Assembly (NCBI GenBank): GCA_902764415.1
Contig: CACWVU010000004.1
Coordinates: 15,758 to 79,757 of the forward strand
Direction: 5' to 3'
DNA: 64,000 bases
From: an uncultured bacterium
GTDB lineage: Bacteria > Verrucomicrobiota > Kiritimatiellia > RFP12 > UBA1067
Shown here in pieces: positions 38,479 to 47,924 of the stretch. Numbering within the stretch: the first letter of the stretch is position 1; every line of letters begins with the position of its first letter. The notes below the pieces were generated by a model. The model made no database searches, was not told where the DNA came from, and worked only from the letters and a program-made list of their open reading frames with translations. Made by a program: the position numbers and the translations under genes.

Positions 38479-39288
38479 TCAGTGTCCGGTTTCGAAGTGG
38501 GGGTCGACCGACATGCACTTGGCCGGGCATTTGGCGACTATCTGCTCGTCGTCCGGCGGGTTCGCGTAGTTGACCTTGGCGAGGAAGCCCTGGAACTCGA
38601 AGTGCCCGGCCTCCTTGCCGCCGGAGTTCTTCTCGCAGAGGTGGCAGCCCATGCAGCCGACGCCGCAGACCTTGCGCACCGCCGGGCCCTTGTCGGGATT
38701 GTTGCAGAGGACGTGGATCGTCGCCGACGCGGGGACGAGCTCGATGATGTGCTTCGGGCACGCGGTCACGCACTTGCCGCAGCCGATGCAGAGGCGCTTG
38801 TCCACCTTGGCGAGGCCGTCGTGGATCGAGATCGCGCCCTTGGGACACACGTTCGCGCACGCGCCGTAGCCGAGGCAGCCGTAGGTGCAGCCCTTGTCGC
38901 CGCCCGCCGTCATCGCGGCGACGCCGCAGTCGCAGATGCCGTTGTAGTCGCCGACGCGGATCGCCTCCGAACGCGTGCCGCAGCACTTGACGAGCGCGAC
39001 GCGACGTTCGGTCGCCGTCGCCTCCACGCCGAGGATCTTCGCGATCTCCTTCGCGCAGGCGTCGCCGCCGGCCGCGCAGGCGCCGTTGGGCGCTGTCCCC
39101 GCGACGAGAGCGCGCGCGTAGCCGTCGCAGCCGGGGAAGCCGCAGCCGCCGCAGTTCGCGCCGGGGAGCGCGGCGGTCACCATGCCGATGCGCGGGTCCT
39201 CCTTGACGCTGAGGTAACGGTCCGCCACGGCGAGCGCGACGGCCGCGACCAGCCCCACTCCGGCGATGACTGCAATTGCGATGGTCAT
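38479..39288 (-). CDS. rnfB: Rnf complex subunit B
   Basis: N-terminal TM, cysteine clusters, two ferredoxin CxxCxxCxxxCP motifs. Confidence 0.9.
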   Translation of the reverse strand: MTIAIAVIAGVGLVAAVALAVADRYLSVKEDPRIGMVTAALPGANCGGCGFPGCDGYARALVAGTAPNGACAAGGDACAKEIAKILGVEATATERRVALVKCCGTRSEAIRVGDYNGICDCGVAAMTAGGDKGCTYGCLGYGACANVCPKGAISIHDGLAKVDKRLCIGCGKCVTACPKHIIELVPASATIHVLCNNPDKGPAVRKVCGVGCMGCHLCEKNSGGKEAGHFEFQGFLAKVNYANPPDDEQIVAKCPAKCMSVDPHFETGH

Positions 39289-39313
39289 ATGGCTGTTTGT
39301 CCTTTTCGAGGTG

Positions 39314-39337
39314 TCTAGGATCCTAGGTTTCTAGGAG
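39314..39337. promoter_or_regulatory. CTAG-rich palindromic motif TCTAGGATCCTAGGTTTCTAGGAG in the rnfB-rnfA intergenic region
   Basis: Shares about 22 bp with 48046-48076. CTAG is otherwise nearly absent from the window. Confidence 0.4.
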
Positions 39338-39346
39338 ACTGGGATT

Positions 39347-39934
39347 TTAGTAGGGGAGCTTCACGAGGCCAGAGAAGCCCATGAACGCGAGGCTCAGGAG
39401 ACCGCCGGTGACGAGCGCGATCGCCATGCCGCGGAAGCACCGCGGCGGATCGGCGTAGGCGAGCTTCTCGCGGATGCCGGAGAAGATGACGAGCGCGAAG
39501 CCGAAGCCGACGGCGGCGGAGAAGGAGAAGAAGACCGACTCGAAGAAGCCTGTCCCCTGCTTGCAGTTGATCTCCGCCGCGCCGAGGACGGCGCAGTTGG
39601 TGGTGATGAGCGGCAGGAAGATGCCGAGCGCCGCGTGGAGCGGCGGCAGGAAGCGCTTCATCGCAATGTCGATGAACTGCACCAGCGAGGCGATCACCAG
39701 GATGAACGCGAGGGTGTGGATGTAGCCGAGGCCGAACGGCTGCAGCAGCCAGTGGTCGATCGCCCAGGCAACAGCCGAGGCCGCCGTCATCACGAACACC
39801 ACCGCGCCCGACATGCCCAGCGCGGTCTCGGTCTTCTTCGAGACCCCGAGGAAGGGGCAGCACCCAAGAAACCGGCTGAGGACGAAGTTGTTCACCAGCA
39901 CGGCGCCAACGAGAATCATCAGATAGTAGCTCAT
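39347..39934 (-). CDS. rnfA: Rnf complex subunit A
   Basis: Strong colinear similarity to E. coli RsxA (LVNNFVL..FLG.CPF.GVSKK..TA.GM..., ITTNCAVLG). Confidence 0.9.
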   Translation of the reverse strand: MSYYLMILVGAVLVNNFVLSRFLGCCPFLGVSKKTETALGMSGAVVFVMTAASAVAWAIDHWLLQPFGLGYIHTLAFILVIASLVQFIDIAMKRFLPPLHAALGIFLPLITTNCAVLGAAEINCKQGTGFFESVFFSFSAAVGFGFALVIFSGIREKLAYADPPRCFRGMAIALVTGGLLSLAFMGFSGLVKLPY

Positions 39935-39941
39935 GGGCGGT

Positions 39942-39950
39942 ATTATACCA
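39942..39950 (-). promoter_or_regulatory. extended -10 TGGTATAAT, leaderless rnf operon promoter
   Basis: TGGTATAAT + ACCGCCC (7 nt) + ATG of rnfA. Confidence 0.55.
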
Positions 39951-39976
39951 AAATTTCGCGGCGGCGGCGGAAGAAT

Positions 39977-42379
39977 TCAGGACTTCAGCGTACGGCGGGA
40001 GGCGACGGCGGAGAGCGGATCCTCGGGCCAGTTGTGCTTGGGGTAGCGGCCGCGCATGTCCTTGCGGACGAGTTGGTAGGCGCCGGTCCAGAAGCCGGCG
40101 AGGTCCTTGGTGACCTGAATCGGACGCATCGCCGGGCTCAAGAGCGTCATCACCACCGGCACCCTTCCGTCCGCCACCCGCGGCGTCGCCATCAGCCCGA
40201 AGCACTCCTGCAGCTTCACCGAGGCCGTCGGCTCGTCGCCCTCGTAGTCAATCGCCACCTTCGAGCCGCTCGGCACCTCCATCCGCGCCGGTGCGAGGCG
40301 GTCGATCTCCCGTCGCGAGCGTCCGGCCGCGGCGAGGACCGACTCCACCACCGCGGCGAGGTCGAGCCGCTCGAGGTCCTGCCACTTCGTCATTCCGCCG
40401 ACAAACCCGGGCAGCGCGGCGAGGATCGCCGCGTCGGTGATTTCCGGCCAGCCGTTATCCGCGGGCATCGTCCGCGCGAGGAAGTTCGCGCGGGCGCGGA
40501 GCGCGCGGCTCTCGCGTGTCCACGCCGGCAGGTTGCCGACGCCCTTCTGCCGCACGCCCTCGACCAGCGCGGCGGCGACCTTTTCCGGATCGGCGTCCGC
40601 CACCTGGCGCTCGCCGAGCGTGACCGCGCCGAGGCGGCGCTGGACCACACACCGCACCCTTTCCGCGCGGCGGTCCCATTCGCAGCACGGCGCCTCGACG
40701 ATCGAGTCCGCGAACAGCTCCTCGACCTCGGTTTCGGAAATCGGGCAGGCGAGAAACACCTTGGCGTCGCCGGGACGGTCGTCAAGCTCGCAGCAGACGA
40801 GGAACGGCTCGCGGGCGAGCGGGTCGCCGTCGTCGAGGAAAGCGCCGCGGCCGGAGACCATCCTGAAGCCGCCGTTGCCGCGGCCGCGCGCGACGCGGTC
40901 GGGATAGGCGAAGGCGAGCATCGCGCCCTCGGAAAGCGTCCGTCCGGAGGCGCCACGGCCGCGGCAGGCCGAGGCGAAGCGCCGCGCCAGCTCAAGGACG
41001 CGACGAGAATAGGGAAGCTTCGGCGTCTCGCGCACTTCGTCCATCACCCGGCGGATGTCGGTCTCGCGCGTGCGCGCGCCTTCCTCGACGATCGCCGCGA
41101 GGACGCAGGCTGTGTCGTCCCCGCCGCACTCGACCGCCATCGACGCGAGGCGCGGGTGCATGGCGAGGCGCGCCATCCGCTCGCCCTTGGCGGTGAGGCG
41201 TCCGTCCGCGCCGACGGCGCCGAGCTGCCTCAAAAGCGCCATCGCAGAGTCCCACGCCGCCGCGGGCGGAGGCGTCATCCAGGGGAGGTCTTCGCGGCGC
41301 AGCGCACCCCAGGAAACCGAGGACATGACGAGCGGCGCGAGGTCGGCGTCGAGGATCTCCGGCATCGCCTTCTCGGGATGCGACGGGTTCTCCGCCTCAG
41401 TCCAGAGCCGGTAGCAGACGCCGGCGCGGACGCGGCCGGCGCGCCCGCGGCGCTGTTCGGCGCGGTCGCGGGTGACGCTCAGGGTGACGAGGCCGGTCAT
41501 GCCGGTGCCGGGCGAGAAGCGGGGTACGCGCATAAGCCCGGAGTCGACCACCGCCGTCACGCCCTCGAGCGTGAGCGAGGTCTCGGCGATGGAAGTCGAG
41601 AGCACCACCTTGCGCGGACCGCCGCGCGCGAAGACGCGGTCCTGCTCCTCCTTCGGCAGCGAGCCGTGGAGCGGCAGCACCGCGGCGGACGGCGCGACGG
41701 CGCGGACGGATTCCATGGCGCGGCGGATCTCGCCTTCGCCGGGCAGGAAGCAGAGGACGTCGCCGTCGGTCTCCGCGAGCGCACGGCCGACCGCGGCGGC
41801 CACCGACACCGCGCCGAGGTAGCGCACGTCGACCGGATACATCCGCCCCTCGGCGCGCACCATCGCCGCGTCGCCGAGATGGGCGGCGACGGACTCCGCG
41901 TCGAGCGTGGCGGACATGACGAGGATTCTGAGGTCCGGCCTGAGCGCGCGGCGCACCTCGAGCGCGAGCGCGAAGGCGAGGTCGCAGGCGAGCGACCGTT
42001 CGTGGAACTCGTCGAAGATGACGAGCCCGGTGTCGGAAAGCTCCGGGTCAGAGAGGATGCGCTGCGCGAGCAGGCCCTCGGTCACGATCTCCAGCCGGGT
42101 GCGCGCGGAGACCTTGCGCTCGAGCCGCACCTGGTAGCCGACGGTCTCGCCCAGCTCCTCGCCGCGGCGGCGGGCGATGTAGGCGGCGCAGCCGCGCGCG
42201 GCGAGGCGCCGCGGCTCGAGCATGACGATCTTGCGGCCGGCGAGCCAGGGCGCGTCGAGGAGGGCCGGCGCGACGCAGGTCGTCTTGCCGCTACCGGGGG
42301 GAGCAGTGAGGACGACGCAGCGGTTCGCCGCCAGGGCCGCGGCGATCTCGCCGATCTTCTCTTCGACGGGAAACGCCAT
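39977..42379 (-). CDS. hrpB: ATP-dependent RNA helicase HrpB
   Basis: DEAH-box SF2 helicase, LTAPPGSGKTT, 800 aa, HrpB-like C-terminus. Confidence 0.85.
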   Translation of the reverse strand: MAFPVEEKIGEIAAALAANRCVVLTAPPGSGKTTCVAPALLDAPWLAGRKIVMLEPRRLAARGCAAYIARRRGEELGETVGYQVRLERKVSARTRLEIVTEGLLAQRILSDPELSDTGLVIFDEFHERSLACDLAFALALEVRRALRPDLRILVMSATLDAESVAAHLGDAAMVRAEGRMYPVDVRYLGAVSVAAAVGRALAETDGDVLCFLPGEGEIRRAMESVRAVAPSAAVLPLHGSLPKEEQDRVFARGGPRKVVLSTSIAETSLTLEGVTAVVDSGLMRVPRFSPGTGMTGLVTLSVTRDRAEQRRGRAGRVRAGVCYRLWTEAENPSHPEKAMPEILDADLAPLVMSSVSWGALRREDLPWMTPPPAAAWDSAMALLRQLGAVGADGRLTAKGERMARLAMHPRLASMAVECGGDDTACVLAAIVEEGARTRETDIRRVMDEVRETPKLPYSRRVLELARRFASACRGRGASGRTLSEGAMLAFAYPDRVARGRGNGGFRMVSGRGAFLDDGDPLAREPFLVCCELDDRPGDAKVFLACPISETEVEELFADSIVEAPCCEWDRRAERVRCVVQRRLGAVTLGERQVADADPEKVAAALVEGVRQKGVGNLPAWTRESRALRARANFLARTMPADNGWPEITDAAILAALPGFVGGMTKWQDLERLDLAAVVESVLAAAGRSRREIDRLAPARMEVPSGSKVAIDYEGDEPTASVKLQECFGLMATPRVADGRVPVVMTLLSPAMRPIQVTKDLAGFWTGAYQLVRKDMRGRYPKHNWPEDPLSAVASRRTLKS

Positions 42380-42394
42380 CGCCGCGCGGCAGGA

Positions 42395-43765
42395 TCAGAA
42401 CTTGAACATGATCTGCCAGCGGAGGAACCACGCCGGCCGGGAGGTCTCGTAGTAGTCGCCGGGGTTGAAGAACTCGGCGTAGAGGTGGCCGAAGATCTCC
42501 AGCCGCTCGCCCTTGTCGCGGTCGGCGAGCAGGATCGGGAACTCGTACCGAAGCACGCTCAGAAGGCCCTTGAACATGCCGTCGCCGCCGCCGAGGCCGT
42601 CCTGCGCCGCGGCGAAGACGGGTCCGGTGTAGGCGAGGAAGTTGTGGCCGCGCGAGATGTCCAGTCCGGCGGCGAGCTTGAGGTGGTACATGTTGCTCCA
42701 CCAGCCGACGGCGTAGTGGGTGCCGTAGAGGAAGATCTCGGAGTCGTTGGCGCCGCGGTACCACATCGGGTCCCAGGCGGTGCAGCCGGCGGGCGCGGAC
42801 TTGACCTCGTCGTCGCCGCTCATGAACATGAGGCCGAGCGAGCCGAAGGGGCGGATCCCCTCGCGCGCGCTCTTCCACTTCACCGCCGCGTAGCCGAAGC
42901 CGCCGCAGAGGGTGTGGCCGTCGCCGTCGCGCCCGCACTGGCCCATCGCCTCGAGCTGGAGCGACCATTCCTCGTCGAGGCGCGGATCGATCCTGGCGCC
43001 GAGGAGCGCGCGGCGGGTCCAGGGGTACCTCACGTCGTCCACCCAGAACGTGGTGGACCCCTTCTCCATCGCGAAGATCTGGTAGGGGAGGTTGTCCGAG
43101 AGCTTCGAGCTCCAGATCGCGCCGTAGCCCCACTCGTCGCGATCGCCGCCGCGGCCGAGTCCGGTGAGGTGGGTGTGGCGGCTGCGGTCGGTGCCCCAGC
43201 GGACGTCGCAGTCGTCGGTGTTGTAAAGCGCGAATAGATCGAGCTTGGAGTCCTCGGTGAAATGGAAAGTAAACGCGGCCATGTCGGCGTAGCACGTGCG
43301 CGAGCCGTCGCCGGGCGTGCCGTCCACGAAGATGTGGTCGAGCCCGCAGTAGTTGTAGAGGTTTTGGCGGCCGATTCTGAGATCGAGGAAGCCGTCGAAC
43401 ACGCCCTTGCCCTCGATGAAGAGGTTGTCGAGGATGAGTTCGCACGGGAAGGTGGTGGTGTCGACCTTCGGCTCGGGATTCCAGCGGAACTCGTCCGTGA
43501 GCTTCGTGAATATGCGCCACTCGCCCATCGTCTCTGAAGACGCCTTGAGCTCGAACCAGACGTCGGGACGGAACCTCAACTGGTTGCGGAAAGGTCCGCT
43601 CTTGGCGGTGCTCAGCCAGCCGCCGCCGGGCAGGCCGGGGACGTTCTTCATCAGCTCCTGGCGGATCCTCAGGTCGGCCCCGAGGTCGAATTCGAATTCG
43701 CCGCGCGCGGTCGCGGCAAGCGCCGCGGCAAGCGCCGCGACGGCGAGGGCGGATTGCGTTTTCAT
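42395..43765 (-). CDS. outer-membrane beta-barrel protein (porin / alginate-export-like)
   Basis: Signal peptide MKTQSALAVAALAAALAATA. Alternating amphipathic strands. C-terminal ...IMFKF. The real gene is buried in a 1256-aa artefactual ORF. Confidence 0.55.
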   Translation of the reverse strand: MKTQSALAVAALAAALAATARGEFEFDLGADLRIRQELMKNVPGLPGGGWLSTAKSGPFRNQLRFRPDVWFELKASSETMGEWRIFTKLTDEFRWNPEPKVDTTTFPCELILDNLFIEGKGVFDGFLDLRIGRQNLYNYCGLDHIFVDGTPGDGSRTCYADMAAFTFHFTEDSKLDLFALYNTDDCDVRWGTDRSRHTHLTGLGRGGDRDEWGYGAIWSSKLSDNLPYQIFAMEKGSTTFWVDDVRYPWTRRALLGARIDPRLDEEWSLQLEAMGQCGRDGDGHTLCGGFGYAAVKWKSAREGIRPFGSLGLMFMSGDDEVKSAPAGCTAWDPMWYRGANDSEIFLYGTHYAVGWWSNMYHLKLAAGLDISRGHNFLAYTGPVFAAAQDGLGGGDGMFKGLLSVLRYEFPILLADRDKGERLEIFGHLYAEFFNPGDYYETSRPAWFLRWQIMFKF

Positions 43766-45063
43766 TTTACGGGGTCGAGGCGCACGGCGCCTCCCATGTA
43801 GGGCCGGAGCGCCTCGGGGATGGTCACCGAGCCGTCGGCGTTGAGGTGCTGCTCGAGGAGCGCCACGAGGAGGCGCGGCAGCGCCACGCCCGAGCCGTTG
43901 AGGGTGTGGACGAGCTTGGTCTTGCCGTCCGAGTCCTTGAAACGGCAGTTGAGGCGGCGCGCCTGGTAGTCGGTGAAGCACGAGCAGCTGGAGACCTCCA
44001 GCCACTGCTGCTCGCCCGGCGCCCAGAGCTCGAGGTCGTAGCACTTCGCCGCCGAGAAGCCCATGTCGCCCGAGGAAAGCATGATGACGCGGAACGCGAG
44101 GCCGAGGCCCGTAAGCACCTCCTCCGCCTCCTTGACCAGCGTCTCGAGCTGCTGGAAGGAGCTGGACGGGTGGACGAAGTTCACCATCTCGACCTTGTCG
44201 AACTGGTGGACGCGCAGCATGCCGCGGGTCATCTTGCCGGCGGACCCGGCCTCGCGACGGAAGCACGGCGTGTAGGCGGTTAGCTTGACGGGGCTCTCGG
44301 GCGTGATCTTCGGCAGGCTCACTCCGTCGAAGATGTCGTCGCGGTAGTAGTTGGTGACCGGCACCTCGGCGGTCGGGATGAGCCAGAAGTCGTCGATCTG
44401 GCAGTGGTAGAGGTCCTCCGCGAACTTCGGGAGCTGGCCGGTGCCGGTCATCGACTCGGAGTTGACGACGAACGGCGGCAGCATCTCGGTGTAGCCCTGC
44501 TTCTGGCAGTGGAGGTCGAGCATGTACTGGATGAGCGCGCGCTGGAGCTTCGCGCCCTGGCCGAGGATGATCGGGAAGCCGGTGCCGGTGAGCTTGACGC
44601 CGCGCGGGAAGTCGAAGATGCCGAGCTTCTCGCCGATCTCGATGTGGGTGGGGATCTTGAAGTCCGGGTCCTTCCACTCGCCGACCATGCGGACGACCTT
44701 GTTGGTGGAGCTGTCGGGTCCGGTGGGAATCTCCTCCGCCGGGATGTTGGGGATCATCAGCAGCGTCTCGCGGAGGTCGACGTCGACCTGCGCGAGCTCG
44801 CGGTCGATCTCGGCGATGCGGTCGCCGACCTTGCGCATCTCCTCCTTCGCCGCGGCGATGTCGCCGCCCTCCTTGGCGACCTTGCCGATCTCCTTCGAGG
44901 CGGCGTTGCGCTTCGCCTTCAGGGTCTCGGTCTCGGCGATGAGCTCGCGGCGCTTCGCGTCGAGGTCGCGCGCCTTCGCGAGCCTTTCCTTCTCCACCCC
45001 GCGGCGCGCGAGCGCGGCGGCGGTGGCGTCGAAGTCGTCCCTCAGTTTCTTGATGTCGATCAT
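43762..45063 (-). CDS. serS: seryl-tRNA synthetase
   Basis: N-terminal coiled-coil plus class II core motifs, 433 aa. Confidence 0.95.
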   Translation of the reverse strand: MIDIKKLRDDFDATAAALARRGVEKERLAKARDLDAKRRELIAETETLKAKRNAASKEIGKVAKEGGDIAAAKEEMRKVGDRIAEIDRELAQVDVDLRETLLMIPNIPAEEIPTGPDSSTNKVVRMVGEWKDPDFKIPTHIEIGEKLGIFDFPRGVKLTGTGFPIILGQGAKLQRALIQYMLDLHCQKQGYTEMLPPFVVNSESMTGTGQLPKFAEDLYHCQIDDFWLIPTAEVPVTNYYRDDIFDGVSLPKITPESPVKLTAYTPCFRREAGSAGKMTRGMLRVHQFDKVEMVNFVHPSSSFQQLETLVKEAEEVLTGLGLAFRVIMLSSGDMGFSAAKCYDLELWAPGEQQWLEVSSCSCFTDYQARRLNCRFKDSDGKTKLVHTLNGSGVALPRLLVALLEQHLNADGSVTIPEALRPYMGGAVRLDPVK

Positions 45064-45111
45064 TTCGGGTGTTCCTTTCCGGAGAGATTGGTGGGGATCG
45101 GTGCCGCGGCC

Positions 45112-46131
45112 TCAGCCGAGCTGGCGCAGGAACCGCAGGTCGTTTTCGTAGAGCCAGCGGATGTCGGGGATGCCGTACTTGATCATCGCGATTCGCTCGA
45201 CGCCAAAGCCGAAGGCGTAGCCGGAGTACTTCTCCGGATCGTAGCCGACATGCTTGAAGACGCGCGGGTCGACCATTCCCGCGCCGGCGACCTCGATCCA
45301 GCCGGACTGCTTGCACACGCCGCAGCCCTTGCCCTTGCAGACGTGGCAGGAGAAGTCGACCTCGACCGAGGGCTCGGTGAACGGGAAGAAGTGGGGTCGG
45401 AAGCGCACGGTGACGCCGTCGCCCATCATCTCGCGGGCGAAGTAGGCGAGCACGGACTTGAGATCCGCGAGCGAGACCGGCTTCGTCGCCGTCTCGTCCA
45501 CGTACAGCCCCTCGATCTGGTGGAAGTTCGCCGAATGGGTGGCGTCGGTAGTGTCGCGGCGGAAGGTGCGCCCGGGGCAGATCACCCTGACCGGCGGCTT
45601 GTTCGCGAGCATCGTGCGGATCTGCACCGGCGAGGTCTGGGTGCGCAGCAGGCAGTCGTCGTTGAACCAGAAGGTGTCGGTGCGGTCCTGCGACGGGTGG
45701 TGCGGCGGCGTGTTGAGCGCGGTGAAGTTGTTGAAGCGGTTCTCGAGCTCGGGGCCGTCGGCGACGGTGAAGCCGAGGTGGCCGAAGATGCGCGCGGTCT
45801 CCTCGATCACGCGGGTGAGCGGGTGCTTGACGCCGAGGGCGCGCCAGCGCCCGGGCTGGGAGAGGTCGCCGTCGAACGCCTTGGCGCCGGACGCGCCGGC
45901 GCCCTTGGCGGCGAGCGCGGACTCGACCTCGGCGCGCCAGGCCTGCACGGCCTTGCCGAAGGCGGGGCGCTCCTCCTTGGGGACGTCCTTCATCGCCTTG
46001 ATGAGCGCGGGGATGGAGCCGTTGCGCCCGACGTACTTCACGCGCAGCGCCTCGACCGCCGCGGCGTCCGCCGCCGCCGCGATCTCCGCGAGGCTGCCGG
46101 CCTTGGCCGACTCTAGTTCCGAGAGTGTCAT
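45112..46131 (-). CDS. pheS: phenylalanyl-tRNA synthetase alpha subunit
   Basis: FRRDTTDATHSANFHQIEGL, GFGVERIAM. Start moved to MTLSELESAK. No pheT adjacent. Confidence 0.9.
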   Translation of the reverse strand: MTLSELESAKAGSLAEIAAAADAAAVEALRVKYVGRNGSIPALIKAMKDVPKEERPAFGKAVQAWRAEVESALAAKGAGASGAKAFDGDLSQPGRWRALGVKHPLTRVIEETARIFGHLGFTVADGPELENRFNNFTALNTPPHHPSQDRTDTFWFNDDCLLRTQTSPVQIRTMLANKPPVRVICPGRTFRRDTTDATHSANFHQIEGLYVDETATKPVSLADLKSVLAYFAREMMGDGVTVRFRPHFFPFTEPSVEVDFSCHVCKGKGCGVCKQSGWIEVAGAGMVDPRVFKHVGYDPEKYSGYAFGFGVERIAMIKYGIPDIRWLYENDLRFLRQLG

Positions 46132-46174
46132 GTGTTTCTGTCCTTGGGCACCCTGCTGGGTGCAATAGGTGTGT

Positions 46175-46183
46175 ATTATAGCA
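46175..46183 (-). promoter_or_regulatory. extended -10 TGCTATAATACACACC upstream of pheS
   Basis: About 38-nt leader. Confidence 0.4.
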
Positions 46184-46207
46184 TATTCGGGGGGAGCGTG
46201 GTTAGTA

Positions 46208-46355
46208 TTCAGCAGCCAGCAGCCAGTATTCAGCAACCAGTAATAAGGATGAATCGTCCTCATCCCACTGGAAGCTGATCACTGGCTGCTGGTTGCTGGC
46301 TGCTGGCTGCTACATTAGTGTTCAACAGCCAACAACCAGTATTCAGCAACCAGTG
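46208..46355. repeat. CAGCAG-type inverted-repeat element, copy 3
   Basis: CAGCAGCCAGCAGCCAG...core TAATAAGGATGAATCGTCCTCAT...CACTGGCTGCTGGTTGCTGGCTGCTGGCTGCT...CAACAGCCAACAACCAG. Confidence 0.7.
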
Positions 46356-46357
46356 AT

Positions 46358-47893
46358 TTAGAAGAACAGGTCGCGTTCGCCGCGGCAGGTGGCCTCGTAC
46401 TGCTTCATCACCGCCGGGTAGAACTTCGGCACCCACTCCTTGATGCCGGCGAGCTCCTTTTCGATCAGCGCGTCGCCAAGGCGGCGCGTCTCGTCGGACG
46501 CGAAGTCGTCCAGCCATTCCCGGAAGGTCAGCACCGCGTTGATCTTGCAGAACTTCCCCTCCCGCCCGGTCTTCAGCGCGTCCATGATGCAGCCGCCCGT
46601 CCGTCCGCAGCGGTAGCCGGCGGTGCAGAACGAGGTGATGATGCCGCGCGAGGCGAGGTAGCGCACCATCTCGTCGAGCGAGCGGTTGTCGCCGAGCATG
46701 AACTGCTGGCGGTCCTTGTCCTGCTGCGCCTCGTTCGCGAAGTCGCTGTAGCCCTTGATCGCGATGTTGGAGGAGCAGTCGAGCTGGGTCATGCCGCAGC
46801 CGAGGACGCGGTTGCGCGACTCCGGGCTCTCGCGCGCGGTGATGATGATGCCGGTGTAGGGGACGGAGAGGCGCGCGATGACGACGATGCGCGCGAAGGT
46901 CTCGTCGTCGATCAGCCACGGCGACTCCTCCGGCACCTTCGTGCCGCTCGCCGGCTCGAGGCGCGGGAACGAGAGGGTGTGCGGGCCGATGTTGAACCAG
47001 CGCTCGAGGTCGCGTGCGTGCATCACCGTCGCGAGGAGCTCGAACCGCCAGTCGCAGAGGCCGTAGAGGACGCCGAAGCCGACGTCGTCCACGCCCGCCT
47101 CGAGGCAGCGGTGGAAGCAGGTGACGCGCCAGTCGTAGTCGCCCTTCACGCTCCACTTCGGGTGCATCGACTCGTAGAGCCGCCGGTTGTACGTCTCCTG
47201 AAACACCTGGAAAGTGCCGATGCCCACCGACCGCAGCACCTTGAGGTCGGCCACGGGCAGCGGCGCTGCGTTCACGTTGACGCGCCGGATGCCCACCGGC
47301 GCGCCTGTCTTCGGCGCCCTGACCTGGTGGCGGTAGCAGGTCTCGATCGTCTCGGCGATGTACTCGGTGGAGGTGGTCGGGTGCTCGCCGTAGACGGCGA
47401 TGAGCCGCTTGTGGCCGATGCGCCCGGCGAGGACGTCGATCTCCTCCTTGAGCTCGTCCATCGTGAGGACGCGGCGCTTCTGCTCGCCGTTGCCCTCGCG
47501 GAAGCCGCAGTAGCGGCAGCCATTGACGCAGAGGTTGGACATGTAGAGCGGAGCGAAGACGACGATGCGGTTGTCGTAGACCTTGTGCTTGATGCGGTCC
47601 GCCGCCGCGCGCATCTCCTCGAAGAGCGCGGGGTCGGCCGACGCCGCCATCAGCGCGGCCGTCTCCTCGGGCTGAAGCGTCTCGCAGGACGCCTCCGCCT
47701 TGGCGATGATCTCCCTGACGCGCGCCGGGTCCGCCGGCTTCGCCGCGATCTCGTCGATGCAGCGCGAAATCCGAGCCTCGTCGATGAAATGCCGTCCGCC
47801 GGGGAGGTAGCGCTCCACCTCCCCGCGCACGACGAAGTTCCTGCGGTAGTCGTCCGCGTCCTTGAATTTTCTTATGCCTGAACAGTCTGCCAT
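46358..47893 (-). CDS. radical SAM enzyme of the ThiH/HydG family (likely the [FeFe]-hydrogenase maturase HydG)
   Basis: YDNRIVVFAPLYMSNLCVNGCRYCGF N-terminal cluster motif. A C-terminal extension with CTAGYRC..GRTG..C resembles the HydG auxiliary-cluster region. 511 aa. Confidence 0.7.
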   Translation of the reverse strand: MADCSGIRKFKDADDYRRNFVVRGEVERYLPGGRHFIDEARISRCIDEIAAKPADPARVREIIAKAEASCETLQPEETAALMAASADPALFEEMRAAADRIKHKVYDNRIVVFAPLYMSNLCVNGCRYCGFREGNGEQKRRVLTMDELKEEIDVLAGRIGHKRLIAVYGEHPTTSTEYIAETIETCYRHQVRAPKTGAPVGIRRVNVNAAPLPVADLKVLRSVGIGTFQVFQETYNRRLYESMHPKWSVKGDYDWRVTCFHRCLEAGVDDVGFGVLYGLCDWRFELLATVMHARDLERWFNIGPHTLSFPRLEPASGTKVPEESPWLIDDETFARIVVIARLSVPYTGIIITARESPESRNRVLGCGMTQLDCSSNIAIKGYSDFANEAQQDKDRQQFMLGDNRSLDEMVRYLASRGIITSFCTAGYRCGRTGGCIMDALKTGREGKFCKINAVLTFREWLDDFASDETRRLGDALIEKELAGIKEWVPKFYPAVMKQYEATCRGERDLFF

Positions 47894-47907
47894 GGTGATG
47901 GGTGCGT

Positions 47908-47916
47908 ATTATACCA
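47908..47916 (-). promoter_or_regulatory. extended -10 TGGTATAATACGCACC, near-leaderless promoter of the radical SAM gene
   Basis: 14 nt between the -10 and the ATG. The heptamer array lies immediately upstream. Confidence 0.5.
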
Positions 47917-47924
47917 CTTTTTGG

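Noticed and set aside
39635-43237. 1200-aa plus-strand ORF and other very long plus-strand ORFs (568-1524, 2587-3927, 4938-6926, 52262-55540, 60527-61672, and others)
   Set aside because: Arg/Ala/Gly/Asp-rich, stop-poor frames of high-GC DNA lying antisense to well-supported minus-strand genes. No motifs.
42395-46165. 1256-aa minus-strand ORF
   Set aside because: Artefactual read-through frame spanning three real genes (the OMP, serS, and part of pheS in other frames). Only the C-terminal 456 aa (42395-43765) look like a real protein.
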